Source: Nitrospirota bacterium (GTDB lineage Bacteria > Nitrospirota > UBA9217). From it: 64,000 nucleotides of DNA. The translations under genes were made by a program, and so were the position numbers. Numbering within the stretch: position 1 is the stretch's first letter; each line of letters starts with the position of its first letter. The stretch is taken from assembly GCA_963840455.1 (NCBI GenBank), contig CAWIYV010000011.1, forward strand, positions 832,001-896,000, in the 5' to 3' direction. The notes under the pieces were generated by a model. The model did no database searches and was not told where the DNA came from. It saw only the letters and a program-made list of their open reading frames with translations. Below are positions 62,054 through 64,000 of the stretch, in pieces.

Positions 62054-62410
62054 TCATGGCTCGGGCGCCGGGTCCTGCAGCCACAGGCAAGGCGTGCGGA
62101 TATTCTCATGACAGACTGTCTGGCGGGAAAATCCGGAACGGAGCAGCATGGTGCCGAACCGTTCCTGTGCCAGTCCGGTGATCGTCAGGGTCTTGTTCTG
62201 CGCGGCAGCGGTGCGGTGTGCCGAGCACAGCAGTTGCGGAAAGGAGACATCCATGGTGCCGATGTCCTCCACGGCCACCTCCACCGCGGAGGAGCTCCGT
62301 ACCGCTGCGAGGAGCTCCACCTTCAATGCTGCGGCGCTGGATACGGTCAGGTCGCCGCCCAGGGTCACGATCGTCCGTTCACCTTCCTGCCGTCGACGAA
62401 TGTCCGCCAT
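62054..62410 (-). CDS. STAS domain protein
   Basis: LGGDLTV..MDVSFPQLL; lies between cheY and cheA. Confidence 0.8.
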   Translation of the reverse strand: MADIRRRQEGERTIVTLGGDLTVSSAAALKVELLAAVRSSSAVEVAVEDIGTMDVSFPQLLCSAHRTAAAQNKTLTITGLAQERFGTMLLRSGFSRQTVCHENIRTPCLWLQDPAPEP

Positions 62411-62427
62411 GGCTCATGACCTCGCTC

Positions 62428-62793
62428 CTATTTCATGAATTTGCTGACGACCGCCAGGAGCTTTTCGGGCGAGAAGGGCTTCACGACCCATCCGCTCGCG
62501 CCCGCGGCCCTGCCTTCTTCCCGCTTCACCACCTGGGACTCCGTGGTCAGCATCAGGATCGGGACGAACTTGTAATCGGCCATCGACCGGAGCTCCCGGA
62601 TCAGCGTGATCCCGTCCATCTCCGGCATATTGAGGTCGGTGATCACCATGTCCGCCTTCGCGCTCTTCAGCTTGTCGAGGGCTTCCCGGCCGTTCGCCGC
62701 GAGCAGCACTTCATGTCCGGCCTGCTGGATGGTGAACGCGATCAGCTGTCGCATGGATGCCGAATCATCGATGATCAGGAACGTTTTCGCCAT
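62428..62793 (-). CDS. cheY: Chemotaxis response regulator
   Basis: IIDDS, TDLNMPEMDG, LTTES and KPF. Confidence 0.93.
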   Translation of the reverse strand: MAKTFLIIDDSASMRQLIAFTIQQAGHEVLLAANGREALDKLKSAKADMVITDLNMPEMDGITLIRELRSMADYKFVPILMLTTESQVVKREEGRAAGASGWVVKPFSPEKLLAVVSKFMK

Positions 62794-63289
62794 GCTGCCT
62801 CCCGTGGTCAGCGGAAACGGTGCCGCGCCGGCCTGGATCGCTGCCGCCTTTCCGCTACGATACAGGTCCTGCGGTCCTGCCAGGTCTGCAGCGATCCTCC
62901 TCCGGCCGACGATGGTCGTCAACGTCCCATCATACAGGAGGCACCCGGCATCGCCGGAAAAGATCATAGGCCTCAGGAAAAATGGTCGGTTGCGACCAGA
63001 CATTGTACAGGAGGAGGCCCTGTACCGGCATGTTGTATTATAGCAAAATATCGCAAAAAAAGGCACCCGGTGCGGCGGATATCGCGTTGATAATCAAACG
63101 AAGTTCCGGAAGCGGTGAGGCAGGCGGTCCGGGAATGTGCAGTCGGACAGGACGTCCGCTGACGGCAGGAAATGGCTTTATAGAGAGCATCCTGGGAGGG
63201 CGGCGGGACACGGAGCGGCGATGCCGCGGCTGATGAGCTGAGATTGCTGGAGTGATGCGCTCTCGGGCGCTTTATTTACTGTAGCGCAA

Positions 63290-64000
63290 TCAGGCGGCTG
63301 CAACGGGAGGCAGCAGGAACACCGGCCAGTGCAACCGCTCGGACTCATCGAGCAGGATCGTAGCGGCCTTCGTCAGCTCGGACGGGATCGTGCTGCCCGA
63401 CGGCAGAAGAATGAGCGACACGGCGTGCTCACCGGCGGCCTTCAGGATCTCCTCGTCGGGATAGCCGGAGCGGATCGATTCCAGGACCTCGATGCCCTTG
63501 TCGGCAAGCGTCTTCTTCAGCTGCTTCACGCTGGAAGCCGTTTCCTTCTTCACGCGCTCCAGCTCCTTTTTCTCTTCCCTGCTGTAGAGATGGACCGGAA
63601 CAACGCCGAGCGCCAGCACTTTCGAGCCGGTCGCCAGGGCCTCGTGAACGATCGTATCAAGCGCCGCCGCGGAACTTTTCGTGTTGTCCACCGGCACGAG
63701 AATGGTCCCGGGGACCATGGTGACCGGGCAGGGCAACGATGAAGCGATATCGCGGAACCGGGGCGGAGCGAGCACCAGGTCCGGCCGAACTGCGCCGACA
63801 TGGTAGGCGACCCTCTCGCTGGCCGCACCTTCGTCCGTGATGAACGAGACCGTGATTCCGGCAGACATTTCGCCAGTGATCGTCTTGGCCTCTTCGAGCT
63901 GCCGTGCTGATTCTGAGCGGGCCATCTCTTCCGCCCGGAGACCTGCGTCATAGTCGACATAGAGGTTGCGATCGAAGACCTGCAGAACGGTCAGCGACCC
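63290..64000 (-). CDS. Universal stress protein (5' end outside the window)
   Basis: ILVPVD and GYPDEEIL; frame stays open to the window edge. Confidence 0.75.
   Translation of the reverse strand, partial: GSLTVLQVFDRNLYVDYDAGLRAEEMARSESARQLEEAKTITGEMSAGITVSFITDEGAASERVAYHVGAVRPDLVLAPPRFRDIASSLPCPVTMVPGTILVPVDNTKSSAAALDTIVHEALATGSKVLALGVVPVHLYSREEKKELERVKKETASSVKQLKKTLADKGIEVLESIRSGYPDEEILKAAGEHAVSLILLPSGSTIPSELTKAATILLDESERLHWPVFLLPPVAAA

Overview
GC-rich bacterial window; gene content and repeat style suggest a Nitrospirota- or Desulfobacterota-like organism (inference). It has three zones. (1) About 0.6-47.6 kb is an accessory mosaic of short genes, five toxin-antitoxin modules, duplicated fragments and pseudogenes. 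Its gene boundaries are repeatedly marked by an oriented site, GACCTGACCC-TnA-GG..GTTC, whose strand polarity flips around the central island. (2) About 15.6-27.7 kb is an AT-richer minus-strand island encoding two ParB-like proteins, a PD-(D/E)XK nuclease, a SNF2 helicase, a DGQHR protein, an MBL hydrolase, a radical SAM enzyme, a NUDIX hydrolase and three further nucleases. It is a candidate undescribed DNA-modification or defence system and carries four apparent single-base indels. (3) About 49-64 kb is housekeeping: peptide ABC permeases, rsmA, gmhA, a chemotaxis operon and a USP protein. Two inverted copies of an IS110-family (IS1111-type) element sit in the oriented site, and their 3' non-coding region contains guide-like matches to that site (candidate bridge/seekRNA). 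Several REP/MITE-like repeat families fill the intergenic space. I recognised no rRNA, tRNA or CRISPR array. All calls come from reading the sequence by eye; no searches were run.
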